Shown here in pieces: positions 1-8,918 of a DNA stretch of 64,000 nucleotides. Numbering within the stretch: position 1 is the first letter of the stretch; every line of letters starts with the position of its first letter. The DNA comes from Nitrososphaerota archaeon. Its GTDB lineage: Archaea; Thermoproteota; Nitrososphaeria_A; Caldarchaeales; Caldarchaeaceae. The notes beneath the pieces were generated by a model, which ran no database searches, was not told where the DNA came from, and saw only the letters and a list, made by a program, of their open reading frames with translations. Where the stretch lies: the NCBI GenBank assembly GCA_041641305.1, contig JBEPYN010000001.1:262498-326497 (forward strand). The letters are read 5' to 3'. The translations under genes and the position numbers were made by a program.

Positions 1-609
1 ATGCGTGTGCGTATCTACCCACTGGCCTTGGCGAAGGTTGTAAAGCACGCTGCCTCAAGCCTCAACCGAGAGGTGGCGGGCCTCCTCGTCGGCAAATCGG
101 CTGGGAAAGTTCTGGAGATATGGGACGCGGTCACAGGTGAGCAATATGGTACCCCTGCTTACGTGCAGCTTGATGAGCTGGTCATGGCTAGGGTTGCGGA
201 AGACCTCTCTAAATCGGATAAAAACCTGTACATAGTCGGATGGTATCATTCTCATCCGGGGCTTGATGTTTTTCTATCGCCGACAGACATCGACACGCAG
301 AAAAGATACCAGGCCATGTACAGCAAGGCCGTCGCGCTCGTGGTGGACCCTGTTGAGTATGCCAAGACACGTAGAATCTCTGCTCTTAAGTTCAAGGTTT
401 TCCAGATATCGAAAGAGGGGAAGGTTGTTTCTCTTCCTGTAAGCATTGGAGTACACAGAGCTAAGCTTCTTGAAAGCACTCTCCACGCCCTGAGCACTTT
501 TGATTTTATACATATCTTCGGAGAGTCTTCCAGTAAGACGAGGGAGAAGCCTTCGTTGGATGAACAGGAGAGTTTGCTGGAAAAAGCTAAAAAGTTATTC
601 GGAGTGTAG
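1..609 (+). CDS. JAMM/MPN (Mov34) family zinc metalloprotease-like protein
   Basis: Contains the JAMM motif 'WYHSHPG...SPTD' (HxHx7Sx2D) preceded by a conserved 'EVAGLLVG' segment. The ORF begins at window position 1 with ATG, so the N-terminus may or may not be complete. Confidence 0.7.
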   Translation: MRVRIYPLALAKVVKHAASSLNREVAGLLVGKSAGKVLEIWDAVTGEQYGTPAYVQLDELVMARVAEDLSKSDKNLYIVGWYHSHPGLDVFLSPTDIDTQKRYQAMYSKAVALVVDPVEYAKTRRISALKFKVFQISKEGKVVSLPVSIGVHRAKLLESTLHALSTFDFIHIFGESSSKTREKPSLDEQESLLEKAKKLFGV

Positions 610-640
610 AAGAGAATAGCTGGGACGGGGTCGCTGAAGC

Positions 641-1432
641 TTGCCGAAAAAAATCGTTCTCCGCATAAAGCCGTCGACGCAGCATCAAGAGACCTCTCCA
701 GACATAGAGATGGTTACTCCTCAACCTTCACAAGAGGAACAACCTGCTAAAGAAGAGAATGTGAAACCTGTTGAGGAGCCTGTTCAACAGCCGGTTGGTG
801 ACGACCTTGACGCGGCTCTAAAAATGTATGAGGAGCTGATGCGAGAGGTTGAACGGCTGCGCGGTCTCGACCGTAACTTCATGCTTTACTGCATCAAAAT
901 GGAGGAGCTGAGACCTCAGCTGGTGAGAAACATTTTGGGCAGACTTGCCGAGAAAAGGAACGCGTTGCTGGAGAAAAGTGAAGAGGTTTTGGAGAGGCTT
1001 AAGGCGGCGAGAGAAGCCATAGGCTCAGAGTTTGCCCAAGTAGAGGAGGAGCTGATTTGGTCCAGCATCGAGCTAAACACCATGCAGCTTGAGAAGGATA
1101 CAGACTCTGATAAGGGTGTCGGATTAAGGGAGGAGCTTGAGGCAAAGATACCTGAGCTAAGAAAAAAGCTCGCAAGCCTACGAAACAGGTTAAAGATGAT
1201 TGAGGAGATGGTGAAACAGCTCTCTGACCTACCGCGCAACATAGCAGACATGACGACAAATAAGGAGGAGCCGGCCAAACTTTTCGAGGAAATCAAGAAA
1301 AAATACATGCTATCATATGGGCAGCGCGCCGAGGCTGTTGCGAGGGCGGAGGTTGAGAAAATCGCTCAACAGGAGTCGATACCGCGGGAGTATGCTGTTA
1401 TTATTCTCTGGAAAAGCATGTCCAACCGTTAA
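641..1432 (+). CDS. hypothetical coiled-coil protein (Glu/Lys/Leu-rich)
   Basis: 263-aa ORF lying 32 nt downstream of the JAMM gene on the same strand. The sequence shows heptad-like, charged, low-complexity features. No catalytic motif recognised. Confidence 0.4.
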   Translation: MPKKIVLRIKPSTQHQETSPDIEMVTPQPSQEEQPAKEENVKPVEEPVQQPVGDDLDAALKMYEELMREVERLRGLDRNFMLYCIKMEELRPQLVRNILGRLAEKRNALLEKSEEVLERLKAAREAIGSEFAQVEEELIWSSIELNTMQLEKDTDSDKGVGLREELEAKIPELRKKLASLRNRLKMIEEMVKQLSDLPRNIADMTTNKEEPAKLFEEIKKKYMLSYGQRAEAVARAEVEKIAQQESIPREYAVIILWKSMSNR

Positions 1433-1827
1433 AGCACTGGCCTGAATTTTACGCCATAGATTATTAGCTTCGACTCGCCGTCTACACGGATTTTTCTCAC
1501 GACCGTTTCGACATCCATTCCAACTGTAAGCTCTGATGGTTCGCAGTCTGTCATCTGACCTATTACCTGCGTGCCGTCGGGCATCTCAACCCATGCTACA
1601 ATGTATGGAACATTTTTCTCAAGACCTGTCTGAGGTTGATAAACTACGGTGAAATGCTTCAGTTTGCCGTGGTTGGCGAGCCTATCTCTTTCAAGTCTGC
1701 GTGAACCACATTTTCTACATATCTTCCGAGAAAACGGGTTGAAGTGGCCGCACTGTGTGCAACGGTTTCCCTCAAGCCTGTAGAGATAGGGGCGGAGACG
1801 CCAGTATGAGGATGGCCGGGTTGACAT
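1429..1827 (-). CDS. DUF35-type Zn-ribbon/OB-fold protein that partners the archaeal thiolase/HMG-CoA synthase complex
   Basis: Has a CxxC...CxxC zinc ribbon ('CTQCGH...CRKCGS') followed by an OB-fold-like C-terminus. It is the last gene of a three-gene string with thiolase and HMGCS, each pair separated by 1 nt; this arrangement is known from archaeal mevalonate pathways. Confidence 0.75.
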   Translation of the reverse strand: MSTRPSSYWRLRPYLYRLEGNRCTQCGHFNPFSRKICRKCGSRRLERDRLANHGKLKHFTVVYQPQTGLEKNVPYIVAWVEMPDGTQVIGQMTDCEPSELTVGMDVETVVRKIRVDGESKLIIYGVKFRPVL

Positions 1828-1828
1828 G

Positions 1829-2986
1829 CTACACCCACTCCTCTACAACGGCAACTGCTGAGAAGGAGCCGAGTCCAGCCATCGAGGACACAAGACCCGC
1901 CTTAGCGCCGTCGACCTGATTTTTTCCAGCGCGTCCAGACAGTTGCAGAAAGCTTTCAACCAAGGCGTAGAGACCCGAGGCCCCTACCGGGTTCCCGCGG
2001 CCCTTCAAACCACCGAATGTGTTGACAGGCACCTCACCCGACAGCGACCACCTGCCTTTACGCGCGAGATGACATGACTCACCGGCCTCTGCCAACCCAA
2101 TAGCTTCAAGAGAAAGCGGCGTCAACAAGCTGTAGCTATCATGAACTTCCACGAAGTCAAGATCAGACACCTTTCTCCCCGCCATCTCCAAAGCCCTCTG
2201 AGAAGCCAGAGATAGGCTCCTCAGCCATAGAGGGTCTTCGCGGTCAAACGGAGAGAGATAATCCGTGGCCGCACCAATGCCTGAAACCACAGCCTTGTAG
2301 CCGTCTGTTTTCTGGGCTGTTTCCAGTGACGTGATTACAACAGCGGCTGCTCCGTCCGCCGGAGCAGTTGTCTCCAGCCGCCTAATTGGTTCTGCTACGC
2401 TTGGCGAGTTTACGACTGTGTCGAGGGTGATTTTGAACTGGTATTGAGCGTGCGGCACGGTTTGAGAATGCTCATGGCTGAGGACTGAGAAGTAAGCAAC
2501 ATCTTCATGCTCCAGCCTGTTGCGTTTCAAATACTCTTTGTAGAGTAGAGCCGCTTCGGCCAGTTGTGTCACTCCAAGTGCAGCAACAGTTTCCGCGGGC
2601 TCCTCCGTCGTGAGCAGTGACACGTAATCCTCGGAAGTGGCCTCAGACATTTTTTCGCCGCCGACAACGAGGACAGATTTGTATAGGCCGGATGAAACAG
2701 CTGCGACGGCGGCTATTGCTGCAGCCAGGCCGGAGGCCCCGCCGGCCTCAACCCTTGAGGCGGCCACACCTCTTATCCCAAGCTCTTCCGCGAGATATGC
2801 TCCGATGTTGGACTGCTCCTGCAGAACCTGCCCAAATGTGTTTGAGACATATACCGCGTCTACTGCGGATATGCCAGCGGAATCGAGTGCTTGTACCGAG
2901 GCTTCCGCCATAAGCTCTGTCAAGCCTTTGTCCCAGTGCTCCTCAACCTTCGTCAACCCAGCGCCTACCAACGCAGCCCGCAACAC
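1829..2986 (-). CDS. acetyl-CoA C-acetyltransferase (thiolase), archaeal type
   Basis: 385 aa with thiolase-like N- and C-terminal halves and glycine-rich active-site regions. It is sandwiched between HMGCS and the DUF35 gene. Confidence 0.85.
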   Translation of the reverse strand: MLRAALVGAGLTKVEEHWDKGLTELMAEASVQALDSAGISAVDAVYVSNTFGQVLQEQSNIGAYLAEELGIRGVAASRVEAGGASGLAAAIAAVAAVSSGLYKSVLVVGGEKMSEATSEDYVSLLTTEEPAETVAALGVTQLAEAALLYKEYLKRNRLEHEDVAYFSVLSHEHSQTVPHAQYQFKITLDTVVNSPSVAEPIRRLETTAPADGAAAVVITSLETAQKTDGYKAVVSGIGAATDYLSPFDREDPLWLRSLSLASQRALEMAGRKVSDLDFVEVHDSYSLLTPLSLEAIGLAEAGESCHLARKGRWSLSGEVPVNTFGGLKGRGNPVGASGLYALVESFLQLSGRAGKNQVDGAKAGLVSSMAGLGSFSAVAVVEEWV

Positions 2987-2987
2987 G

Positions 2988-4034
2988 CTACACCCTTATC
3001 TTCTCCCTGAATTTGAGGTAGGTCGAGTAATCGATCGGCTTTCTGCGGCTGAGCAGTTGGCTGAAGCTCGGGCCCCTGCCGCGTTTCTCCTCCACGCCGT
3101 CGCAGACAGTTAACACGAAAGAGTCGCTTCCAGCTCCCGAGCCATAAGAGGTCATCAGTATACGCTGACCCGGCTTAGCTATGTCTAAGACCTTTGCAAG
3201 ACCAATCATCGAGCAGGCGGCATAAGTGTTTCCGACCACGTCAGCCACTATGCCGGGCTTCACCTTCTCAACGGGAATGGAAAGTATCTTTGAGACCGCG
3301 AGAGGGAATTTTACGTTAGGCTGGTGGAAAACAAAGTAGTCTATGTCGGTGACGGTGAACCCGTTTTCCTCGAGCACGGTCTTGACAGCAGAAAGGGTGT
3401 GGTGGAAGTAGGCTGGTTCCCCTGTGAAGCGGGACCCATGCATCGGATACCGTTCATAGCTTCTTCTCCAGAAGTCAGGAGTGTCGGACACGTATGATGT
3501 CGAGTATTCGAATTTCGCTACACAGTCTGAGCCGTTTCGTCCTATGAGGAAGGCCGCGGCCCCGCTTGCCGCGGTGTATTCGAGGGCATCCCCAGGCCTC
3601 CCCTGAGCTGTGTCAGCTCCTATTGCAAGCCCAAACTCAATCCTCCCTGTCTCGACGAGAGCTGTAACCATCTGCATAGCCTCTGTCCCCGCTTTGCAGG
3701 CGAACTCGAAATCAGCGGTGGTCACGTGGCGGGATACACCGAGGATTTCGGCGACCAACGTGCCAGAGGGTTTGACCGCATATGGCTTTGACTCTGTTCC
3801 CACATGAACCGCCTGAACCCTTGAAGGCTCCACATCAGCCCTAGCCAGAGCCATTCGAGCGGCCTCGGCGGCCATTGTTATAGTGTCTTCATCCAAACCC
3901 GCCACTGCCTTCTCTTTGACAGGCAGGTCGGCGGAGGATTTCCCCCAGACCCTTGCTATCTCCTCACCAGCAATCCTATACCTGGGGAGATAGCAACCAT
4001 AACCATGAATAGCCGCGTCCCTTATCTTCGGCAT
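2988..4034 (-). CDS. hydroxymethylglutaryl-CoA synthase, archaeal type
   Basis: 348 aa. The N-terminus 'GYGCYLPRYRI' and the overall condensing-enzyme pattern are typical of archaeal HMGCS. It is the first gene of the HMGCS-thiolase-DUF35 operon. Confidence 0.85.
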   Translation of the reverse strand: MPKIRDAAIHGYGCYLPRYRIAGEEIARVWGKSSADLPVKEKAVAGLDEDTITMAAEAARMALARADVEPSRVQAVHVGTESKPYAVKPSGTLVAEILGVSRHVTTADFEFACKAGTEAMQMVTALVETGRIEFGLAIGADTAQGRPGDALEYTAASGAAAFLIGRNGSDCVAKFEYSTSYVSDTPDFWRRSYERYPMHGSRFTGEPAYFHHTLSAVKTVLEENGFTVTDIDYFVFHQPNVKFPLAVSKILSIPVEKVKPGIVADVVGNTYAACSMIGLAKVLDIAKPGQRILMTSYGSGAGSDSFVLTVCDGVEEKRGRGPSFSQLLSRRKPIDYSTYLKFREKIRV

Positions 4035-4145
4035 GGAGAATGGATTTGTCCTGTCCTATTAAAAGGCTTTTGTAGATAAAGATTTCGACAACCAGCGAAC
4101 AACGGCAAAAATATTACAAGGTCTTGCCAATAATCATCCGTCATT

Positions 4146-4595
4146 ATGACAATGGAACTCGATGAAAAGGATTTGAGAATTCTTCAAGAGCTTGTGGAGG
4201 ATGCTGAGCAGGCGGTTTCAGCCATAGCGGCTAAGGTTAAGATGCCTCGCACAACTGTTCAGGAGAGGATTAAGCGGCTTAAGCAGCTGGGCGTGATAAA
4301 GAAGTTCACGGTTCAGCTTGATCATTCTAAGCTGGGCAAACCCGCCACAGCATTTGTCCTCGTCTCCTTCCAGCAGGGAACAACTTCGCAGAAGAAACTG
4401 GCCGAGGAAATAGCGAAGCTTCCCGAGGTCGTTGAGGCACATGTCATAACCGGTGAATGGGACATAATCGTGAAAGTAAGGTCCGAGTCTATGCAGTCCA
4501 TCGGCGCTCTCGTTGTCGACAAAATCAGGAACATGCCAGGCGTCGGAAAAACTATTACATGTGTTTCGCTCGCAGCCGTCAAAGAAAGCGTCTAA
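4146..4595 (+). CDS. Lrp/AsnC family transcriptional regulator
   Basis: 149 aa with an N-terminal HTH ('LDEKDLRILQELVEDAEQAVSAIAAKVKMPRTTVQERIKRL') and a C-terminal RAM/ACT-like domain. It is divergent from the mevalonate operon. Confidence 0.85.
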   Translation: MTMELDEKDLRILQELVEDAEQAVSAIAAKVKMPRTTVQERIKRLKQLGVIKKFTVQLDHSKLGKPATAFVLVSFQQGTTSQKKLAEEIAKLPEVVEAHVITGEWDIIVKVRSESMQSIGALVVDKIRNMPGVGKTITCVSLAAVKESV

Positions 4596-4596
4596 C

Positions 4597-5397
4597 ATGG
4601 GGGTGAAGAAAACGCTGGAAAACGTGAAGGGCCTCGTCCTCGACATGGACGGAACAATCTACATCGGCTCTAAGCCACTGCCCGGCGCGCCGGAGGCCGT
4701 CAACAAACTCCGAAAAAAGCTAAGGCTGGTATTCATGACAAACAACTCCACTATGACGAGGGTCCAATACCTTGAGAAGCTACACCGTATGGGCATTCAC
4801 GCCTCTGTCTCAGAGATTTTGACATCGGGTTACCTTGCAGCAAGATATGTGGCCGCGGAGCATCCCGGGGCCCGTGTACTCGTCGTGGGAGAGGAAGGAA
4901 TATCAGCCGAGGCCAGGCAACTGGGTCTGCGGATAATTGAACACAGCGAGTGGAAGTCCGCCGATTACGTCGTAACAGGCCTTGATAGACATTTCACCTA
5001 CCAGAAAGCAGCGGACGCAGCTCGCGCCATCAGAAACGGTGCAAAATTCATAGCAACAAACCTTGACAACATCTATCCGACTGAGCAGGGGTTTATGCCG
5101 GGCGCCGGCTCAATCGTCGCCATGCTTTCAGCTGCCACGGGCGTGAAGCCATTATCGGTGGGAAAACCGTCGATTACTTCCTCCCAAATGGCTCTTGAGA
5201 CCTCGGGTCTCCAAGCCTCGGAGGTGATTTTTGTCGGCGACCGTGTGGACACAGATGTTGCAGCAGCAAGGATGGTTGGGGCCCGTTGCATACTCGTGAA
5301 AACCGGTGCCTTCGAGCTTTTCAGAGACAAGACATCCGACGCCGACATGGTTATAGAAAGTTTAGCCGAGCTGCCGAGCCTCCTATCCATAGAGTAA
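4597..5397 (+). CDS. HAD superfamily hydrolase, subfamily IIA (NagD-like phosphatase)
   Basis: Carries the 'LDMDGTIY' motif I and the 'FVGDRVDTD' motif IV. Start is placed at the ATG at 4597, immediately after the Lrp stop; the longer ORF from 4513 would overlap the regulator. Confidence 0.7.
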   Translation: MGVKKTLENVKGLVLDMDGTIYIGSKPLPGAPEAVNKLRKKLRLVFMTNNSTMTRVQYLEKLHRMGIHASVSEILTSGYLAARYVAAEHPGARVLVVGEEGISAEARQLGLRIIEHSEWKSADYVVTGLDRHFTYQKAADAARAIRNGAKFIATNLDNIYPTEQGFMPGAGSIVAMLSAATGVKPLSVGKPSITSSQMALETSGLQASEVIFVGDRVDTDVAAARMVGARCILVKTGAFELFRDKTSDADMVIESLAELPSLLSIE

Positions 5398-5459
5398 ATG
5401 TTTTATTCACCAGAAAGCCGTATTATGATAGGTTGCTAGAGGTAAAGGTTTCAGAAATA

Positions 5460-5816
5460 ATGTCCCGTCGAGTCGTGACAGCAAACGCCGATGAGAAGCT
5501 ATCCGATATTGCGGAGAAGATGATTCAGTCAAAGGTTAGCAGCGTCGTAATTGTTTCGGATGGAAAAGTCGCAGGCATAGTTACGGAGAAAGATTTCGTG
5601 AAGTTCTTTGCGTTACGTGTGGATTATGACTCTAAAGTCAGCGACTACATGACGCGTAATGTCATCGTTGTTAGGGAGTATGCCTCCTTGAACGAGGCTA
5701 AGAACATTATGATCTCCAACAATATTAGGCACCTGCCAGTCGTCGACCGCGGCAACAACTTGGTGGGCATGATAACAATCAGAGATATTGTGGAATCCGT
5801 GGAGACGCTGGTTTAG
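5460..5816 (+). CDS. CBS domain pair protein
   Basis: Two CBS-like repeats ('VVTAN...', 'HLPVVD...GMITIRDIV'). Start placed at the internal ATG at 5460. Confidence 0.65.
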   Translation: MSRRVVTANADEKLSDIAEKMIQSKVSSVVIVSDGKVAGIVTEKDFVKFFALRVDYDSKVSDYMTRNVIVVREYASLNEAKNIMISNNIRHLPVVDRGNNLVGMITIRDIVESVETLV

Positions 5817-5900
5817 CGGCTCAGATACCCCAGAGACTATCACGTGTTCAAGTGTCTCTGTTCATCATCGCCGCCTATCCCAGCAATGGGGCTGGAGCTG

Positions 5901-8369
5901 TTAAACCTTGCCCTCAACCCTGTAAAGCCTCTCAGCTAGCCGCCTGTTTTCCTCACGTATCTTCTCAAGCTCCTCCCGCAGCGACTTGTATTCAACACCT
6001 TTCTCGAGATGGTCTCTGATCTTCTTGGCAACCTCCCTTGCGCTCCTCCGCACCCTTTCATTCAAATCCTTCTCAGCCATTTTGTCAAGCATCGGCAGAA
6101 GCCTCGGGTCCATCATCTCCCGAGCCGCGGCGACAACCGCATGGCGAACCCGTTCGTTACTGTCCTCTGACAACCTCTCGAGCAAAGTGTATGTTTCGCG
6201 TTTCTCCGGGAACTTTGCGAGAGCGACGGCTGCCGACACGCGTACGGGTGTCGGGTAGCTTTTCTCAACTCTCTTCACCACATGTTCATAGGCTTTTTCG
6301 AGACCTGTTTCAGCCAATCCCTGAACTGCGCCAGACGAGATAACATGGGCGTGAGAGGGGTAGTCAAGGGCCTTGACAAGGACAGGGACCGCTTCCTCCA
6401 GTTTCAACCTTCCAAGCGAGATCGCGGCAGCCTGCCGAACATAATATGACTCGCCCGTGTCTTCAACCACCTTTGCCAACATCTTCATCACTTCGGTGTC
6501 TTTTTCGAAGGAGCCTAGGGCCTCGACTATTCCACGCCTGATTTTGGGATGCGTTACTTTGTCGAGTACCTGAAGTAGAGCGGCCTTCGCTTCCTCGGAC
6601 TTTATTTCGCCGAGGGCCTTCGCGGCGCTGTAAGACACTCCCCAGAACGGGTCACCCAAGACAAGCCTCTCCAGCACCTCTACGACTCTACGGCCGCCAT
6701 GTTTAACCAGCGAGTCAATCATCTCTATTCTGCAGACAACGCTTCCACATTTCTCAACCATGGCGAGGGCCTCTTCGAGGGGTCTCTCGACGTCGAGGAC
6801 TCGGAGAATCTTTAGCTCTGGATCGACGCAGACATGTTTCGGCTTATTTTTCATAGGTATGTAAAGCGTTGTTTCACGCTCTTCGAGAGATATCTTTCTC
6901 TCTACCCTCTCTTCATCGACATGGATTACTACATCCAGAGTCAGTCCATAGGTTTCAGGTGAATCATCTCCCTGAACCTGCTTAAAACCAATTTTGAATA
7001 GGCTGGTTTCCGGGTCCCATCGGTAGCTAATTTTGACTACTGGATGCCCGGCAGAGTAGACGAGCTGTTCAAACACCTTCTCCAGCATCATTCCCGATGA
7101 TTCTTCGAGGGCTTTCCTCAAATCCTCTGTGTCGGCGTTAGAGTATTGGTGGCGGGTGAGAAACAGGTTCAGGGCTTTGCGGAAGCTTTCCTCGCCCACG
7201 ATGTTTTTGATTGTGTGTAGTATGAGGCCGCCTTTTGGATAGGCGTGTCTGTCGAAAAGCTCCTCTGGATATTTGTAGACCCGGTAGACTACGGGACGTG
7301 AGTATCGGCGTTTGTATTCGTCGAGGTAGGATTGGAGGTCGTTGTAGAGCTCGTAGAGGAATTCGTCGTGTCCTTTGTCGTGCTGTAGGTAGAGGTTTTC
7401 GAGATATGTTGCGAATGATTCGTTGAGCCAGATGTGTGACCAGTCTCGGCAGGTTACGAGGTCTCCGAACCACTGGTGTGCGGCCTCGTGGGCTACGAGA
7501 GGGTCGCTGCTGAAATCCATGTGAGCGTGGTCGTCGTGTAGGGTGAGGTCTGTCAAGGTTGTGGCTGTTGTGTTCTCCATGCCTCCGACAACGAACTCGG
7601 GAACACAGACCTGTCGATACACCTTAAATGGATAGGGATAATTTAGATAGCTGCTGAAAAACTTGATGATGTCCGCTGTTTTGCTGAAGGAGTTTTTAAC
7701 CAGTTTTCCAAGGGTTTTCGGCACATAGTATTCAAGACGTATGCCGTCGACAGCTTCTTCTTCCTTGTCGAAGACTCCTGCTACGAAGCTAATGAGGTAG
7801 GCTGGGTGAGGCTTGTCCATGAGCCAGTGGAAGGTGGATGTGCCGTCTCCGTTGTCCCTCCTGTTCAAAAGCTCACCGTTGGAGACGACTTCAAGCGGCT
7901 GCGGAACCGTAACCAAAAGCCCTGTCGAGAACTTCATGTTGGGATAATCGTACACCGGCATCCAGTTTCTGTGGTACTCGGGCTCGCCGTGGCTCCAGAC
8001 GAAAGGAAAACCATAACCTTTCTCCTTCTCCACGAAATGGACACCAGTCCGCGGCCAAGCCCGGTACCTGATCCCGACAGTTTTTTCACCCGGTTCCTCG
8101 AAACGCAGAGTCAAGACCTTGCCGTCATAGTCGCTTGTTTTCACTCCGGAAACTTCAAGAATCTGGAGATCGACGCCGTCAAGCTCAACTACAGGGCTGT
8201 TCGTCTTTAACCTGAGCTCCGCGTAGCCGTCCACCCTTCTATCCTCCACGTCGACTTTAATGTCTAGACGGTAATGTGTTATCTTGAAGCTGGGTTGACG
8301 AGGATATCTTGGCCTGTAATCTGGGAAAGCGAAGTCTCTTCCAGCCTTGAGATATGGCTGTGTCGCCAT
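5901..8369 (-). CDS. M1 family zinc aminopeptidase with C-terminal HEAT-repeat domain
   Basis: Has a 'GGMEN' exopeptidase motif, 'HEAAHQWFGDLVT' (HEXXH) and a downstream 'WLNESFATY' glutamate. The C-terminal ~350 aa show repeated '...VR..A..ALG...' PBS-lyase/HEAT-like units. Confidence 0.8.
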   Translation of the reverse strand: MATQPYLKAGRDFAFPDYRPRYPRQPSFKITHYRLDIKVDVEDRRVDGYAELRLKTNSPVVELDGVDLQILEVSGVKTSDYDGKVLTLRFEEPGEKTVGIRYRAWPRTGVHFVEKEKGYGFPFVWSHGEPEYHRNWMPVYDYPNMKFSTGLLVTVPQPLEVVSNGELLNRRDNGDGTSTFHWLMDKPHPAYLISFVAGVFDKEEEAVDGIRLEYYVPKTLGKLVKNSFSKTADIIKFFSSYLNYPYPFKVYRQVCVPEFVVGGMENTTATTLTDLTLHDDHAHMDFSSDPLVAHEAAHQWFGDLVTCRDWSHIWLNESFATYLENLYLQHDKGHDEFLYELYNDLQSYLDEYKRRYSRPVVYRVYKYPEELFDRHAYPKGGLILHTIKNIVGEESFRKALNLFLTRHQYSNADTEDLRKALEESSGMMLEKVFEQLVYSAGHPVVKISYRWDPETSLFKIGFKQVQGDDSPETYGLTLDVVIHVDEERVERKISLEERETTLYIPMKNKPKHVCVDPELKILRVLDVERPLEEALAMVEKCGSVVCRIEMIDSLVKHGGRRVVEVLERLVLGDPFWGVSYSAAKALGEIKSEEAKAALLQVLDKVTHPKIRRGIVEALGSFEKDTEVMKMLAKVVEDTGESYYVRQAAAISLGRLKLEEAVPVLVKALDYPSHAHVISSGAVQGLAETGLEKAYEHVVKRVEKSYPTPVRVSAAVALAKFPEKRETYTLLERLSEDSNERVRHAVVAAAREMMDPRLLPMLDKMAEKDLNERVRRSAREVAKKIRDHLEKGVEYKSLREELEKIREENRRLAERLYRVEGKV

Positions 8370-8638
8370 GGGGAGAATGGCGTGGATTGTTGGTAAAAAA
8401 TTTTAGCGACCAAGGACACGCGGGCTACGTGGAGCTTGACAGATTGGTGGAAGCGGTTAGAAGCTATCTTGAGAGGAAGTATGGTGAGGTGGAGGTCGAG
8501 GTTGTCCGAACCTATGATAGGGGAGAGGTGTATGAGGTTGCTGGTGTATTTAGGAGAAAGGGGGAGAGGATGTTTAGGCGGTTTACCTTTTTAATCAACT
8601 CCAAAACATATTCTGTTGAGGCGTTTGGTCTCAGGTAA
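8354..8638 (+). CDS. hypothetical small protein
   Basis: 94-aa ORF diverging from the aminopeptidase start. No motifs recognised; start uncertain. Confidence 0.25.
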   Translation: MAVSPWGEWRGLLVKNFSDQGHAGYVELDRLVEAVRSYLERKYGEVEVEVVRTYDRGEVYEVAGVFRRKGERMFRRFTFLINSKTYSVEAFGLR

Positions 8639-8918
8639 CGAGGATTTCGAGGCTGCGTTGATGGACAAGGTGGAGAAGCTCTATTCACTCGTAAACAGGA
8701 TACGGTTTTACCGCGACCTCAAAATGGACAGCGAGGTATCATCCCTCGCATCGGAGATGGAAAAGCTACGAAGCTCTCTCATGCTTTCAGAGGATGAGGT
8801 GGAGAAGCTTGCTGACGAGCTTGACGAATACTATATCTCAGGGGCCTCCCCCCATGGTGATACTGACCCGCTAACCTATTGGACACTCTACGTCAAGGAC
8901 AAACTCTCTAAAAAGTGA
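8616..8918 (+). CDS. hypothetical small acidic/coiled-coil protein
   Basis: 100-aa ORF. No motifs recognised. Confidence 0.3.
   Translation: MRRLVSGNEDFEAALMDKVEKLYSLVNRIRFYRDLKMDSEVSSLASEMEKLRSSLMLSEDEVEKLADELDEYYISGASPHGDTDPLTYWTLYVKDKLSKK

Noticed and set aside
2637-3113. 158-aa plus-strand ORF (and the 2617..2913 ORF) antisense to the thiolase/HMGCS junction
   Set aside because: The minus-strand genes are strongly supported and translationally coupled. The antisense ORFs are Ala/Pro/Arg-rich without motifs.
4513-4596. Longer N-terminus for the HAD-IIA hydrolase starting at 4513
   Set aside because: It would overlap the last 83 nt of the Lrp regulator gene. The ATG at 4597 immediately follows the Lrp stop and gives the usual HAD N-terminus preceding the DxDGT motif.
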